Shown piece by piece: positions 10,051 through 19,209 of a DNA stretch of 64,000 nt. Made by a program: the position numbers and the translations under genes. Source of the DNA: Alphaproteobacteria bacterium. Its GTDB lineage: Bacteria; Pseudomonadota; Alphaproteobacteria; JASGCL01. Numbering within the stretch: the first letter of the stretch is position 1; every line of letters begins with the position of its first letter. The stretch lies in the NCBI GenBank assembly GCA_051010635.1, contig JBPCVJ010000002.1, positions 14,848-78,847 of the forward strand. Direction: 5' to 3'. Under the pieces are notes generated by a model. The model had not been told where the DNA came from, searched no databases, and saw only the letters and a list, made by a program, of their open reading frames with translations.

Positions 10051-10677
10051 ATGACGCAAAAAATTTTTCTAAAATGTTTGCTTTATATTGGCTATTATAG
10101 CTGTGGGTTATTTTTAGGATTCCTATTTTATATATTTGGAATGGCATTAGGTATGTTTGATAATGATTTGCTATTTTACCGCGGCATGAAAGTTATTTTG
10201 GTAAGCCAAATATTTTTGCTTGGCTTGTTATTCTTTTTTGATAAAATCATCAACCAGCACCAAAATACCAAAATAAATCAGCTATTAACATTGGCACCAC
10301 TGAAACCCCATATCATAGCCATTGTGCTTGTAGGGGCAAGTATCAATGTGTGTTTTCATTCGGTTGTGCCCACGATCATTGATAGATCCATCAGCGTTTT
10401 TTTATTAGGGTTCACCCATAATTTAGAAAAAAATAATCAAACAGCTAATATTGATAATTGGCGTCAAGGGTTTGATAAAATCTATGCCGATGATTATCAA
10501 GCCATCGAGCGGCGACTAGAAGAACAGATAAGAAGCGGTAATGTTATAACAACATCAAATGGCACAATTATGCTTACCAACAAAGGCAAACAATTTCTTA
10601 TAGCGGCGGCTTACCTTAACAAATTATTGGGGATTGATAATAAACATGTTAACCCGCCCGTTGATAAATTAAATTAG
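10051..10677 (+). CDS. Hypothetical membrane protein (about 4 TM N-terminal half, soluble C-terminal half)
   Basis: 208-aa ORF directly upstream of the GT-C-like gene (23-nt gap). Hydrophobic segments LLYIGYYSCGLFLGFLFYIFGMALGMF, VILVSQIFLLGLLFFF, IIAIVLVGASINVCF. No PAP2 or GtrA motif recognised. Confidence 0.45.
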   Translation: MTQKIFLKCLLYIGYYSCGLFLGFLFYIFGMALGMFDNDLLFYRGMKVILVSQIFLLGLLFFFDKIINQHQNTKINQLLTLAPLKPHIIAIVLVGASINVCFHSVVPTIIDRSISVFLLGFTHNLEKNNQTANIDNWRQGFDKIYADDYQAIERRLEEQIRSGNVITTSNGTIMLTNKGKQFLIAAAYLNKLLGIDNKHVNPPVDKLN

Positions 10678-10699
10678 ACCAAATATATTATCGCCCACC

Positions 10700-12508
10700 A
10701 TGCTACATCAGGTCAATCATCTTAAAACCAGCCCCATCTATATTACCTTTACTGCCATAACGATAATATTATATGGTTTGGTTATTTTCTTTGCCAAATA
10801 TGGGTTTGATATACTTGATGAGGGGTGGTATCTTTTCACTATCACAGACCCTGATTTTACCAAATCACGGTTTCATTATGGTTTGGGGTATCATTATCTT
10901 TTTCTTTTATTAAATGAAAATATTATTCATTTAAGAATTGCCAATATCATTATTTTTTTCATATTGGCATTCTTATTAGCAAAAGAAATTCTTTTTTCTT
11001 ATTTCAAATCATTCAAATTACGCCCTTATCAATTTTTTATTTTATGCGTGGCAATGGCATCCATATCATTATTATATTTTGTTATCATTTACACACCCAG
11101 TTATAATTCTCTTGCTATCAAAGCCCTCATCATTATAGCCATAGGTCTTATCAATATCCTTAATCACCCTACGCCAAAATTAAAAAAATGGTGGCAACAA
11201 AATAGGTGGGGTGCATTAATTTTAGGATTTGGCATGTTTTTACTTTTTCTTGCCAAACCATCATCATTTTTAGCTGTTTGTTTTTTTCTATTGATGATAT
11301 TTTTATTTTATAAATCATCTAGACTGCTCTTTATAATAGCTGGCATCGCAAGCAGTTCACTATTTTCCATTTATATTATTTTATATTTTGAAGCCGATAT
11401 TATCAAATATATTGAAGAAACAAAAAACACTATCATCGCCCTTCATAAGTTAGATCGCCATTATACATGGATCACTCAATTAAACCTATTGCGGGGGATT
11501 TACATACCCAACATAGCATATATTTTCCTTGCCCTGCCCCTCATATATAAAATAGCACTTACCTATCGCCCATCAAGCTCATGGCTTATCATTCGTTTTA
11601 TCAATCGGTATATTGATATATTTATTATGATATGTTTGTCATTGGGTATAGGTTTGGTAAAACCTTCTCATGTATATGCTTTACAAACTTTTTTTGCCAT
11701 CATGATAGTTTATTGGGCTATTTTGATAAATATATTTCACAATAATAAATTCATTGACCAATTATTAAACCCCAAGATATTTGCCATTATATTATTTTGT
11801 TTTTTATCACCCTATCTATTTGCCTTTGGCACAGCCAATATTATATTGTTTCAAATGTGCTTAGGCGCAATTTTATTTGCATTATGCGCTATTTTATTAT
11901 TATCATTTTTACCAAACAAGCCAAATTATCTTTATATCGGTATTTTATTTTCACAATTATTAACTTTTTATTGCACCACCTATTATATCCACCACCCTTA
12001 TCGCCATATTTCTTTTTTTTCTAACCAATTGGCACCATTAAAATTTTATGATAGCCATAACAAACCCTACTACCTCACCGTATCACAAAATTATAAAAAA
12101 CTAATAGAAAAAAGTCGGTCAATTTTTTATAATAATGGTTTTGCCGCAGGAACGCCCATTATAGATGCAACAGGTGTAGCAACCGGAATTATATTTGCGC
12201 TTGATGCCACCCCATTGGGGCGATATTTTTTAATTACCGAAACTGCTATCAAACATGATATTAAACAAAATCAATGCGATAGAATTGCAAAATCTTGGCT
12301 GATGACCATGCCAAGCCGCACAAATGACCTTTGGGGCGTTGTGCCATTACGCCCCAAAGAAATATTAAAAACCTATCATGCCGACCTAAAAACCGATTAT
12401 GATTTTATAGGCAATATCACGGCTTTAAATTTTCGCACCAAAGGCAAAACCGAAACCATCAATTTCTATCGCCCCAAACCTATACTAAAAACCAAATGTA
12501 AAAAATAA
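10700..12508 (+). CDS. GT-C-like polytopic membrane glycosyltransferase (ArnT/PMT-like architecture)
   Basis: 602 aa with more than 10 TM segments. TM1 is followed immediately by the acidic motif FDILDEGWY, the position of the catalytic DE/DD in GT-C enzymes. Lys-rich C-terminal tail. Confidence 0.5.
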   Translation: MLHQVNHLKTSPIYITFTAITIILYGLVIFFAKYGFDILDEGWYLFTITDPDFTKSRFHYGLGYHYLFLLLNENIIHLRIANIIIFFILAFLLAKEILFSYFKSFKLRPYQFFILCVAMASISLLYFVIIYTPSYNSLAIKALIIIAIGLINILNHPTPKLKKWWQQNRWGALILGFGMFLLFLAKPSSFLAVCFFLLMIFLFYKSSRLLFIIAGIASSSLFSIYIILYFEADIIKYIEETKNTIIALHKLDRHYTWITQLNLLRGIYIPNIAYIFLALPLIYKIALTYRPSSSWLIIRFINRYIDIFIMICLSLGIGLVKPSHVYALQTFFAIMIVYWAILINIFHNNKFIDQLLNPKIFAIILFCFLSPYLFAFGTANIILFQMCLGAILFALCAILLLSFLPNKPNYLYIGILFSQLLTFYCTTYYIHHPYRHISFFSNQLAPLKFYDSHNKPYYLTVSQNYKKLIEKSRSIFYNNGFAAGTPIIDATGVATGIIFALDATPLGRYFLITETAIKHDIKQNQCDRIAKSWLMTMPSRTNDLWGVVPLRPKEILKTYHADLKTDYDFIGNITALNFRTKGKTETINFYRPKPILKTKCKK

Positions 12509-12535
12509 AATCAATGTTCAATTTATCCCATGCGA

Positions 12536-13966
12536 TTAACATTCTGGCAGGGCAACCGAAACTTTACTGGCAAGCCCACCCTCGGAGGTTTCTTTGTATT
12601 TATGCATCATATCCTTCCCCGTTTCCATCATGGTTTCAATCACCTTATCCAAACTCACCAGATGCTCGCCATTGCCATGTAAGGCAAGGCGTGAAGCATT
12701 GATAGCCTTCACCGCACCCATGGTGTTGCGTTCAATGCATGGCACCTGCACCAAACCCTTTATCGGATCACAAGTTAGACCAAGATTATGCTCCATACCT
12801 ATTTCGGCAGCATTTTCTACCTGCTCAACCGAACCACCCATGGCTGCCGTCAATCCCGCAGCCGCCATAGAACAAGCCACACCAACCTCCCCTTGGCAAC
12901 CCACTTCGGCTGCCGATATGGAAGCATTTTTTTTATAAAGCATACCTATTGCCGCAGCGGTTAGCATAAAAATTCGCATATTTTTTATATCCTTACCACC
13001 TGGCACAAATCTATGGTAATAAGCCATCACAGCAGGAATAACCCCTGCCGCACCATTGGTCGGGGCGGTAACCACACGACCACCAGCGGCATTTTCTTCA
13101 TTCACTGCTAGGGCAAACACATTCACCCAATCCATGGTTTTCATAGGAATTTCATCAAGCTCCACATCGCCCAATTTCATTTTTATTTCTTGATTCGATT
13201 TTTCTAAATTATCGGCTATTTGTTTGGCACGCCGCCGAATATTAAGCCCACCGGGCAAAATTCCTTCTTGTTGTATGCCACGCTCAATAGAATTGTTCAT
13301 CGCCTGCCAAATATTATCTATAGATTTTTCAATATCTTCTTGCTTACGCCACACCAATTCATTTTCCATCAATAGTTCGGCAATGGTAATATTTTTTTTC
13401 TTGGTGATGCTTAACAATTCTTCGGCACTGTGAAAAATATTGGGCAAAACCACATTGCTTGATGCAGCGGCATTGCTAACGCCGCGGTTAAATTCTTCAT
13501 CGCTTAATACAAAACCTCCCCCCACCGAATAATATGTGTCTTGATAAATCAATTTGCCATTTTTATCGGTGGCAATAAATTCCATCGTATTGGAGTGTTT
13601 TTCTTTAAATTCGCCATAACGAAAATCCAAATGTTTTTCATAAATAAACTCAATTTCATGTTGCTGATGAAGCAAAAGTTTTTTGGATTTTTTGACATGT
13701 TGAATCTTATTTTCAACCAAATTAGGGTCGGTTTCATCTGGTTTTTCGCCCATCAAACCAAGCACAATGGCACGGTCGGTGGCATGCCCCAACCCCGTCA
13801 TAGCCAACGAGCCATATAGTTTCACCGTCAATTCAGCCACATGGTTTAATTTTTTTTGGGTTACCAAATCAGCCACATACCGATTTGCTGCCACCATAGG
13901 CCCCACCGTGTGCGAACTAGACGGCCCAATACCAATTTTAAATAAATCAAAAACCGATAGATGCAT
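12536..13966 (-). CDS. sdaA: L-serine dehydratase, single-chain Fe-S type
   Basis: [24 protein letters not shown] is the canonical SdaA N-terminus, and Cys-containing beta-domain motifs are present. Start at ATG complement 13964-13966. Confidence 0.9.
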   Translation of the reverse strand: MHLSVFDLFKIGIGPSSSHTVGPMVAANRYVADLVTQKKLNHVAELTVKLYGSLAMTGLGHATDRAIVLGLMGEKPDETDPNLVENKIQHVKKSKKLLLHQQHEIEFIYEKHLDFRYGEFKEKHSNTMEFIATDKNGKLIYQDTYYSVGGGFVLSDEEFNRGVSNAAASSNVVLPNIFHSAEELLSITKKKNITIAELLMENELVWRKQEDIEKSIDNIWQAMNNSIERGIQQEGILPGGLNIRRRAKQIADNLEKSNQEIKMKLGDVELDEIPMKTMDWVNVFALAVNEENAAGGRVVTAPTNGAAGVIPAVMAYYHRFVPGGKDIKNMRIFMLTAAAIGMLYKKNASISAAEVGCQGEVGVACSMAAAGLTAAMGGSVEQVENAAEIGMEHNLGLTCDPIKGLVQVPCIERNTMGAVKAINASRLALHGNGEHLVSLDKVIETMMETGKDMMHKYKETSEGGLASKVSVALPEC

Positions 13967-14078
13967 AATGATACATTCTACCACAAAAAGCCACGATTAT
14001 CAAAAAATTATTGTATTTATATTAAAAATAATTTAGAAAAAACAAGCAAACTATCATTTTTTTACCATCATTCGCATC

Positions 14079-15878
14079 ATGCATATCAAATTAAAACCAT
14101 TATGGTCCTATCGCCATATTGCCATATTTTTGCTTTTGCTAACGGCTTGCTTTTTTTCTTTTTATAAAAATAGCTTTCGCATCGTAAAAAATAATTATCT
14201 TTTTTACCAAACACCCAGCTATGATGAAATGTTGGTCATTGGTAGAATTTTGGTTGATGAATATAACTTAAAAAAAATAATTACGGTGTATAATTTAGAT
14301 AAAATTGATAAACACAATACCAACAGATATGTTGGAAAAGAAGGGGCGACAAAATATAATTTGCTGTGGCCAGATGTGCCTTACCATTTAAGACTTTCTT
14401 ATATTTTTCAATTGCCACAAAATATATTACAAAATAACCAGCCGATTGACGATATAACATTATCACCCATTGCCTATGAAACAAAATGGTGGAAAAAACC
14501 TAACATCATATTTAATAACATATTTAAATTAAGTGATGATAAAATATATTTAACTAGAATAAAGGTCAAAAAAGATAAACTCAATTTTAAACAACATTAT
14601 CAATATAGGAATCAGCCAAGCGAAACAGCCTATAGACATGATTACAGCTACAGCGGTAGAACATTGCTTATCGGCAATTACAAAACCATGGTAAGGCAAG
14701 TTTTATATAGCCCTGCCTCAGACCTTGCCTATATCCACACCACCATACCCCCCGATGAATTACAAAAAATAAAAAAAAATAATTCCACTATCACCCTATC
14801 GGGCAATGTAATGGAAAAAGAAATATTACAAAACAATGTGCGTTTCGCCAGTTATATCAGCACCGTGGGATTACATGGTTATATTTTTTCTTGGCTGTTT
14901 CAACACAGCGATAAAAACCTTGAAACATTGTGGAAAATCACATCATTATTATCGGCATTGGTTATCGTTGGTTTAACATTTTTATATTATCGCAGTCATA
15001 TTTTTCCCAAAGGTTTTGCCATTAGTTTTTTTGCAAGTTTATTCTTATCGGTTATTTTTACCGCCTATGCTAGAGATCTTTATTGGCTACCCTTCACATG
15101 GTTCTTACCATCTATCTTTGCTATCCTCTATATCAAGGCAGAAAACCATTGGCATAGAATTATTTATATATTGCTGACCTATCTTGCCTTTACCTTAAAA
15201 AATATCACCACTGGCTATGAGATAACATCCAGCGTCATATTAATGGCGGCAGCACCAGCGGCTTATTTGCTATTAACCAGCCAATCACTCAATCAAAAAA
15301 TTATCGCCCTCAAAAAATTTTTTATGATATGTTTTCTAGGCGTAGCAGGTTTTTTCACCAGCCTATTGATACTTGCCTACATCAGGGGCGATTCTAATAT
15401 AATTGATGGGTTAAAATCCATTTATGATGTCAATATAACCAAACGCATTATCAATAAAAGCGATGAGAATATTCCTGGCTACATAAGGGATTCCTCCATA
15501 TCTTATTATGAAGTATTTAAAATATTCTTTCGCTGGAATCATGATTGGGGTTATCCCCAAACATTAAACATAATTGATTGGTTACCGATAAAATTTGTTC
15601 ATTTATTTTTCTTATCTTTTTTTATCACTCTATCCAGCTGGGTGGTGCCATTCTTACAACACAAAAAATATATCTATAACAGTCTATTTATCATATTCTT
15701 TCTTACCGCTTCATCTTATATTATCTTGGCAAAATATGATGCCTATCTACATATATTTCAAAATTTGGTTTTGTGGTATTTTGGTTTTATTGCCGCCATG
15801 TTCTATATCATTGCCAGTGGTATGATGACTTATGGCAAAATAATACTTGCCTATGGCAAAAAGAAAATAGCTGTCTGA
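14079..15878 (+). CDS. GT-C-like multi-pass membrane glycosyltransferase (intact paralog of the frameshifted 5350-7102 gene)
   Basis: 599 aa. N-terminal TM, then a conserved acidic motif (RILVDEYNL versus LVADEYSID in the paralog), then at least 10 TM segments. Long collinear identity blocks with the 5350-7102 product (e.g. ETLWKITSLLSALVIVGLTFLYYRSHIFPKGF). Confidence 0.55.
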   Translation: MHIKLKPLWSYRHIAIFLLLLTACFFSFYKNSFRIVKNNYLFYQTPSYDEMLVIGRILVDEYNLKKIITVYNLDKIDKHNTNRYVGKEGATKYNLLWPDVPYHLRLSYIFQLPQNILQNNQPIDDITLSPIAYETKWWKKPNIIFNNIFKLSDDKIYLTRIKVKKDKLNFKQHYQYRNQPSETAYRHDYSYSGRTLLIGNYKTMVRQVLYSPASDLAYIHTTIPPDELQKIKKNNSTITLSGNVMEKEILQNNVRFASYISTVGLHGYIFSWLFQHSDKNLETLWKITSLLSALVIVGLTFLYYRSHIFPKGFAISFFASLFLSVIFTAYARDLYWLPFTWFLPSIFAILYIKAENHWHRIIYILLTYLAFTLKNITTGYEITSSVILMAAAPAAYLLLTSQSLNQKIIALKKFFMICFLGVAGFFTSLLILAYIRGDSNIIDGLKSIYDVNITKRIINKSDENIPGYIRDSSISYYEVFKIFFRWNHDWGYPQTLNIIDWLPIKFVHLFFLSFFITLSSWVVPFLQHKKYIYNSLFIIFFLTASSYIILAKYDAYLHIFQNLVLWYFGFIAAMFYIIASGMMTYGKIILAYGKKKIAV

Positions 15879-15927
15879 TACTAAAAATTATTGTATTTCT
15901 AACAAGAATAATCTAAAAACACATATC

Positions 15928-16296
15928 ATGGCGAATATCCTCACCCATTTGATTAAAATTTTTGATAGTCGCTTTATCGGTAGCGACCCGCTAGGCAATC
16001 GCTATTATGAAAGACGAAAATATGACGCATGGGGGCGCAAAAAACGATTCATCATCTATATCGGCAAGGAAGATGATGCCAGCCTGTTGCCGCCCGAATA
16101 TCACGCATGGATGCATTATATCATTGATGATTTTCCCACCGCAGGGCAAACCAGCTATCGTCGTTTTTATCAAAAACCGCATAGTGCCAATCTATCGGGT
16201 AGCCGAATGGCTTATAAACCAAAACGCTCCCCTGCCACTGGCGATTACCGGTCATGGTCGCCCAACAAAATGCGTCATCATCAGCCAAAAAAATAA
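15928..16296 (+). CDS. NDUFA12-like protein (NADH:ubiquinone oxidoreductase 17.2-kDa subunit family)
   Basis: GSDPLGNRYYERRK ... RFIIYIGKEDDASLLPPEYHAWMHYIIDD matches the NDUFA12 family pattern G.NxYYE ... PPEWH.WLH..D. Confidence 0.75.
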   Translation: MANILTHLIKIFDSRFIGSDPLGNRYYERRKYDAWGRKKRFIIYIGKEDDASLLPPEYHAWMHYIIDDFPTAGQTSYRRFYQKPHSANLSGSRMAYKPKRSPATGDYRSWSPNKMRHHQPKK

Positions 16297-16300
16297 TATC

Positions 16301-16798
16301 ATGAGCTTTCGCCAATTTTTTATTCTATTTCGTTTGCGCCTGATGGGCATCGCTGTTATGGCGGGGTTGTTATGGGCAACCTATATGGGTCTGGTTAAGG
16401 TAGGGCAATGCAATAGCGATGGTCGTATGATGTTAAAGGGCGTATTTTCATCGGTGGATGGGGTAAAGCGTGGCACACCCATTTTATTGGCAGGTCTTGA
16501 AGTCGGGGAGGTTTGTGCCCTAACCTATCTAACCGATAAAAATCAGGTGGAGATATTAATGGCGGTTGAAGATAATTTAAATCTTGCCGAAGACAGCGGT
16601 TTTGCCATCGTATCTTATGGATTGAACGAACCAAAAATTATCAACATCACCCCTGGCGGTAGTTTTACCAACCTTGCCAATGGCGATGAAATTATTTATA
16701 CCTTGGGCACAGTAGCAATTGAAAAATTGTTATTGCTGGTGTTGGAGCGTGCCGAATCAAAAACCAATCTTACCAAACCCACATCCAACTTAGAATAA
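16301..16798 (+). CDS. MCE-domain protein, MlaD-like (copy 1)
   Basis: N-terminal TM (GIAVMAGLLWATYMGL) followed by an MCE-like core MLKGVFSSVDGVKRGTPILLAGLEVGEV. Start taken at the ATG 4 nt after the NDUFA12 stop; the longer ORF from 16007 overlaps NDUFA12 out of frame. Confidence 0.6.
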   Translation: MSFRQFFILFRLRLMGIAVMAGLLWATYMGLVKVGQCNSDGRMMLKGVFSSVDGVKRGTPILLAGLEVGEVCALTYLTDKNQVEILMAVEDNLNLAEDSGFAIVSYGLNEPKIINITPGGSFTNLANGDEIIYTLGTVAIEKLLLLVLERAESKTNLTKPTSNLE

Positions 16799-16801
16799 AA
16801 T

Positions 16802-17305
16802 ATGCAAACAAAACATAGTTCATTAGAAATTATTTTAGGTGCAGGGCTTTTGGTGCTGGCGGTTTTGTTTGGTTGGCAATTATGGCAAGATAAAGAAAAT
16901 ATTTTACAAAATAAATTTTATGTGGTGAAGGCATCGCTTGACAATGCAAGTGGATTAGATACTGGCACAGCGGTTAAGATGGCAGGATTAAAAATAGGTC
17001 GGGTCAAAAGCAAAAGCCTAAACAAAACAACCTATCGTGCCGAATTAGAAATAGAAATCAACCAAGATATTAAATTACCAAAAGATAGTCGGTTGGTGGT
17101 TGGCGCATCAGGATTATTGGGATCGCCCGAAATAAAAATTGAACAGGGTGCCTCAAGCGAAATGTTAGCCGCCGGTGCTACATTTGAAAAAACCGTCAGC
17201 CAACCATCGCTGGAAGATATGATAGGTCGCGCGATATTTGTTTTGAATGCGGTGGGCAGTGGTAACGATACCGATCTAAACAATGATGATGCGGTTAAAA
17301 AATAA
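16802..17305 (+). CDS. mlaD: MCE-domain protein MlaD
   Basis: TM (LEIILGAGLLVLAVLFGW) followed by the canonical MCE core YVVKASLDNASGLDTGTAVKMAGLKIGRVKS. Confidence 0.75.
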   Translation: MQTKHSSLEIILGAGLLVLAVLFGWQLWQDKENILQNKFYVVKASLDNASGLDTGTAVKMAGLKIGRVKSKSLNKTTYRAELEIEINQDIKLPKDSRLVVGASGLLGSPEIKIEQGASSEMLAAGATFEKTVSQPSLEDMIGRAIFVLNAVGSGNDTDLNNDDAVKK

Positions 17306-18518
17306 AACAATTTTATTTTTATTACCCGCCATGGAAGCGGGTGGAGTTGAAGGTTTTACCATTGATGCCGCAGCGGCAGTTATCAAAGCGGGCGGTCAAG
17401 CTTTGGTGGCATCAAGTGGCGGTGCGATGGTTGCAACGCTTAACAAAATAGGTGCGGTGCATTTTTTTATGCCTTTCAAAACATCATGGCAAAAATTTTT
17501 TCCATTATTTGTTTTGTTAAGACTCTATCGCTTAAGCAAAAGCAAACATGTTAAATTAATATATGTCGCCAGTCGCAGCCCCGCATGGTATGGATGGATG
17601 GTGGCTAAATTATTACGCCTGCCATTGATAACTGGTTTTCATGGCATCTACAGCGGTTATGGTTTTTTACCCAAAAAATTCTACAACCAAGTGATGACCT
17701 GGGGCAATGCAATTCATGCGGTGAGTTTTTTTGTTGAAAAACATATCAAAGATATTTACAAACCCAAAAACCCCATAGCGGTTATTCATGGCGGGGTGGA
17801 TATAAACAAAATTGCCAAGCACAAAATACTAGACAACGATAAACAATATGCCGATGGGGTATTAAAAAATATTTTCCCCCATAACAACAACCAAAGAATA
17901 ATTTTTATGCCTGGGCGATTATCGCACCTCAAGGGGCAATGGTTTTTGCTTAAAGCCTTCAGCCAATTATTAGAGCAAACCACCAATGACGAAGCAAAAC
18001 ATCACCAATGGCATGATGTGATTTTGTTATTACAATCGGTTGGCAAAAAACGCCACTTAAAAAAATTACACAACATCATCGCCCAAAAAAAACTTGATGG
18101 TAGGATTGGTTTTTTACCCTATCAGGAAAATCTTTTGCCATTTTATGATAGGGCAAGTCTAGTCGTCAATGCCAGCCGTCGCCCTGAATCTTTTGGGCGC
18201 ACCATCATTGAAGCCATGGCATTAAACAAAATAACCATTGCCCCCAATTATGGTGCCGCCCTTGAACAAATCAACGATAGTGTCAATGGTTTTTTATTTA
18301 TCGCCCAATCAAGTGAATCTATGGCAAAAGCTTTGAAACGCGCCTTTAACCTAAGCGACCAACAAAAAAAAAGCATCGAGGTAGCGGGGCGACACAGCGT
18401 AGAAGAAAATTTTTCTTTATCTGTCAAGCAAGGCGAATTGGTAAAATTGATGGCAGAGGTTATGGAGCGTCATCATAATATACCTTCATCAGGCAAAGCC
18501 CGTGTGGCGGCGCCGTAA
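17283..18518 (+). CDS. Glycosyltransferase family 4 (GT-B fold; RfaG-like)
   Basis: GT4 C-terminal EX7E region (ESFGRTIIEAMALNKITIAPNYGAALEQINDSVNGFLF). Confidence 0.75.
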   Translation: MMMRLKNKTILFLLPAMEAGGVEGFTIDAAAAVIKAGGQALVASSGGAMVATLNKIGAVHFFMPFKTSWQKFFPLFVLLRLYRLSKSKHVKLIYVASRSPAWYGWMVAKLLRLPLITGFHGIYSGYGFLPKKFYNQVMTWGNAIHAVSFFVEKHIKDIYKPKNPIAVIHGGVDINKIAKHKILDNDKQYADGVLKNIFPHNNNQRIIFMPGRLSHLKGQWFLLKAFSQLLEQTTNDEAKHHQWHDVILLLQSVGKKRHLKKLHNIIAQKKLDGRIGFLPYQENLLPFYDRASLVVNASRRPESFGRTIIEAMALNKITIAPNYGAALEQINDSVNGFLFIAQSSESMAKALKRAFNLSDQQKKSIEVAGRHSVEENFSLSVKQGELVKLMAEVMERHHNIPSSGKARVAAP

Positions 18519-19209
18519 CCCCAGCCACCGACCTATCTTTTGCTATCAAAATTCTTTTTATATCATCCATCGGGCGTTTTTTCAGCCCAACCTCCACCAA
18601 ACTACCCACCATATTACGCACCTGATGATGCAAAAAAGACCTTGCCGAAAAAAATATTTCTATTTCATCGCCCACCATTCTCACTTCGGCTTTATCAAGT
18701 TTTTTGATAGGGGATTTGGCTTGGCAGGCATTGGCACGAAAACTTGTAAAATCATGCTGACCAAGCAAAAAATATGTAGCATTCTTCATCGCTACCCCAT
18801 CAATTTTTTTAGGAATATGCCACACCAAACCACGCTCCAAAACTGGTGGTGATGGGCGATGCAACAACCGATAAAGATAATCACGCCTTATGGCAGAAAA
18901 ACGCGCATGAAAATCATCAGGCACAATATGGCAATCAAGCACAACTATCAAATGGGGTTTTAAATAATAATTCACCGCCCTTAACAATCTTTCGGGGGCA
19001 ATGTGACGCATCATATCAAAAGAAATAACCTGCCCCACCGCATGCACCCCGCTATCGGTGCGCCCCGCGGCATGAATGGTTATTTTCTGCCCTTCAATTT
19101 TTTGCAAAACCTCCTCTATCACTGCCTGCACCGATATTCCCTCCATTTGCCTTTGCCAACCAACATAAGCACCACCATGATAACCGATAGTCATTTTGAA
19201 TCTGGTCAT
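18460..19209 (-). CDS. truA: tRNA pseudouridine(38-40) synthase
   Basis: TruA active-site region AAGRTDSGVHAVGQV with catalytic Asp; 249 aa. Its 3' end overlaps the GT4 ORF by 59 nt (convergent). Confidence 0.85.
   Translation of the reverse strand: MTRFKMTIGYHGGAYVGWQRQMEGISVQAVIEEVLQKIEGQKITIHAAGRTDSGVHAVGQVISFDMMRHIAPERLLRAVNYYLKPHLIVVLDCHIVPDDFHARFSAIRRDYLYRLLHRPSPPVLERGLVWHIPKKIDGVAMKNATYFLLGQHDFTSFRANACQAKSPIKKLDKAEVRMVGDEIEIFFSARSFLHHQVRNMVGSLVEVGLKKRPMDDIKRILIAKDRSVAGVTAPPHGLCLMKVYYDDAP

Noticed and set aside
16007-16798. Long 263-aa ORF overlapping the NDUFA12-like gene in another frame
   Set aside because: Its N-terminal 98 aa have no homology signal and overlap a well-supported gene. 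The MCE-like protein is better explained by the internal ATG at 16301 immediately after the NDUFA12 stop.
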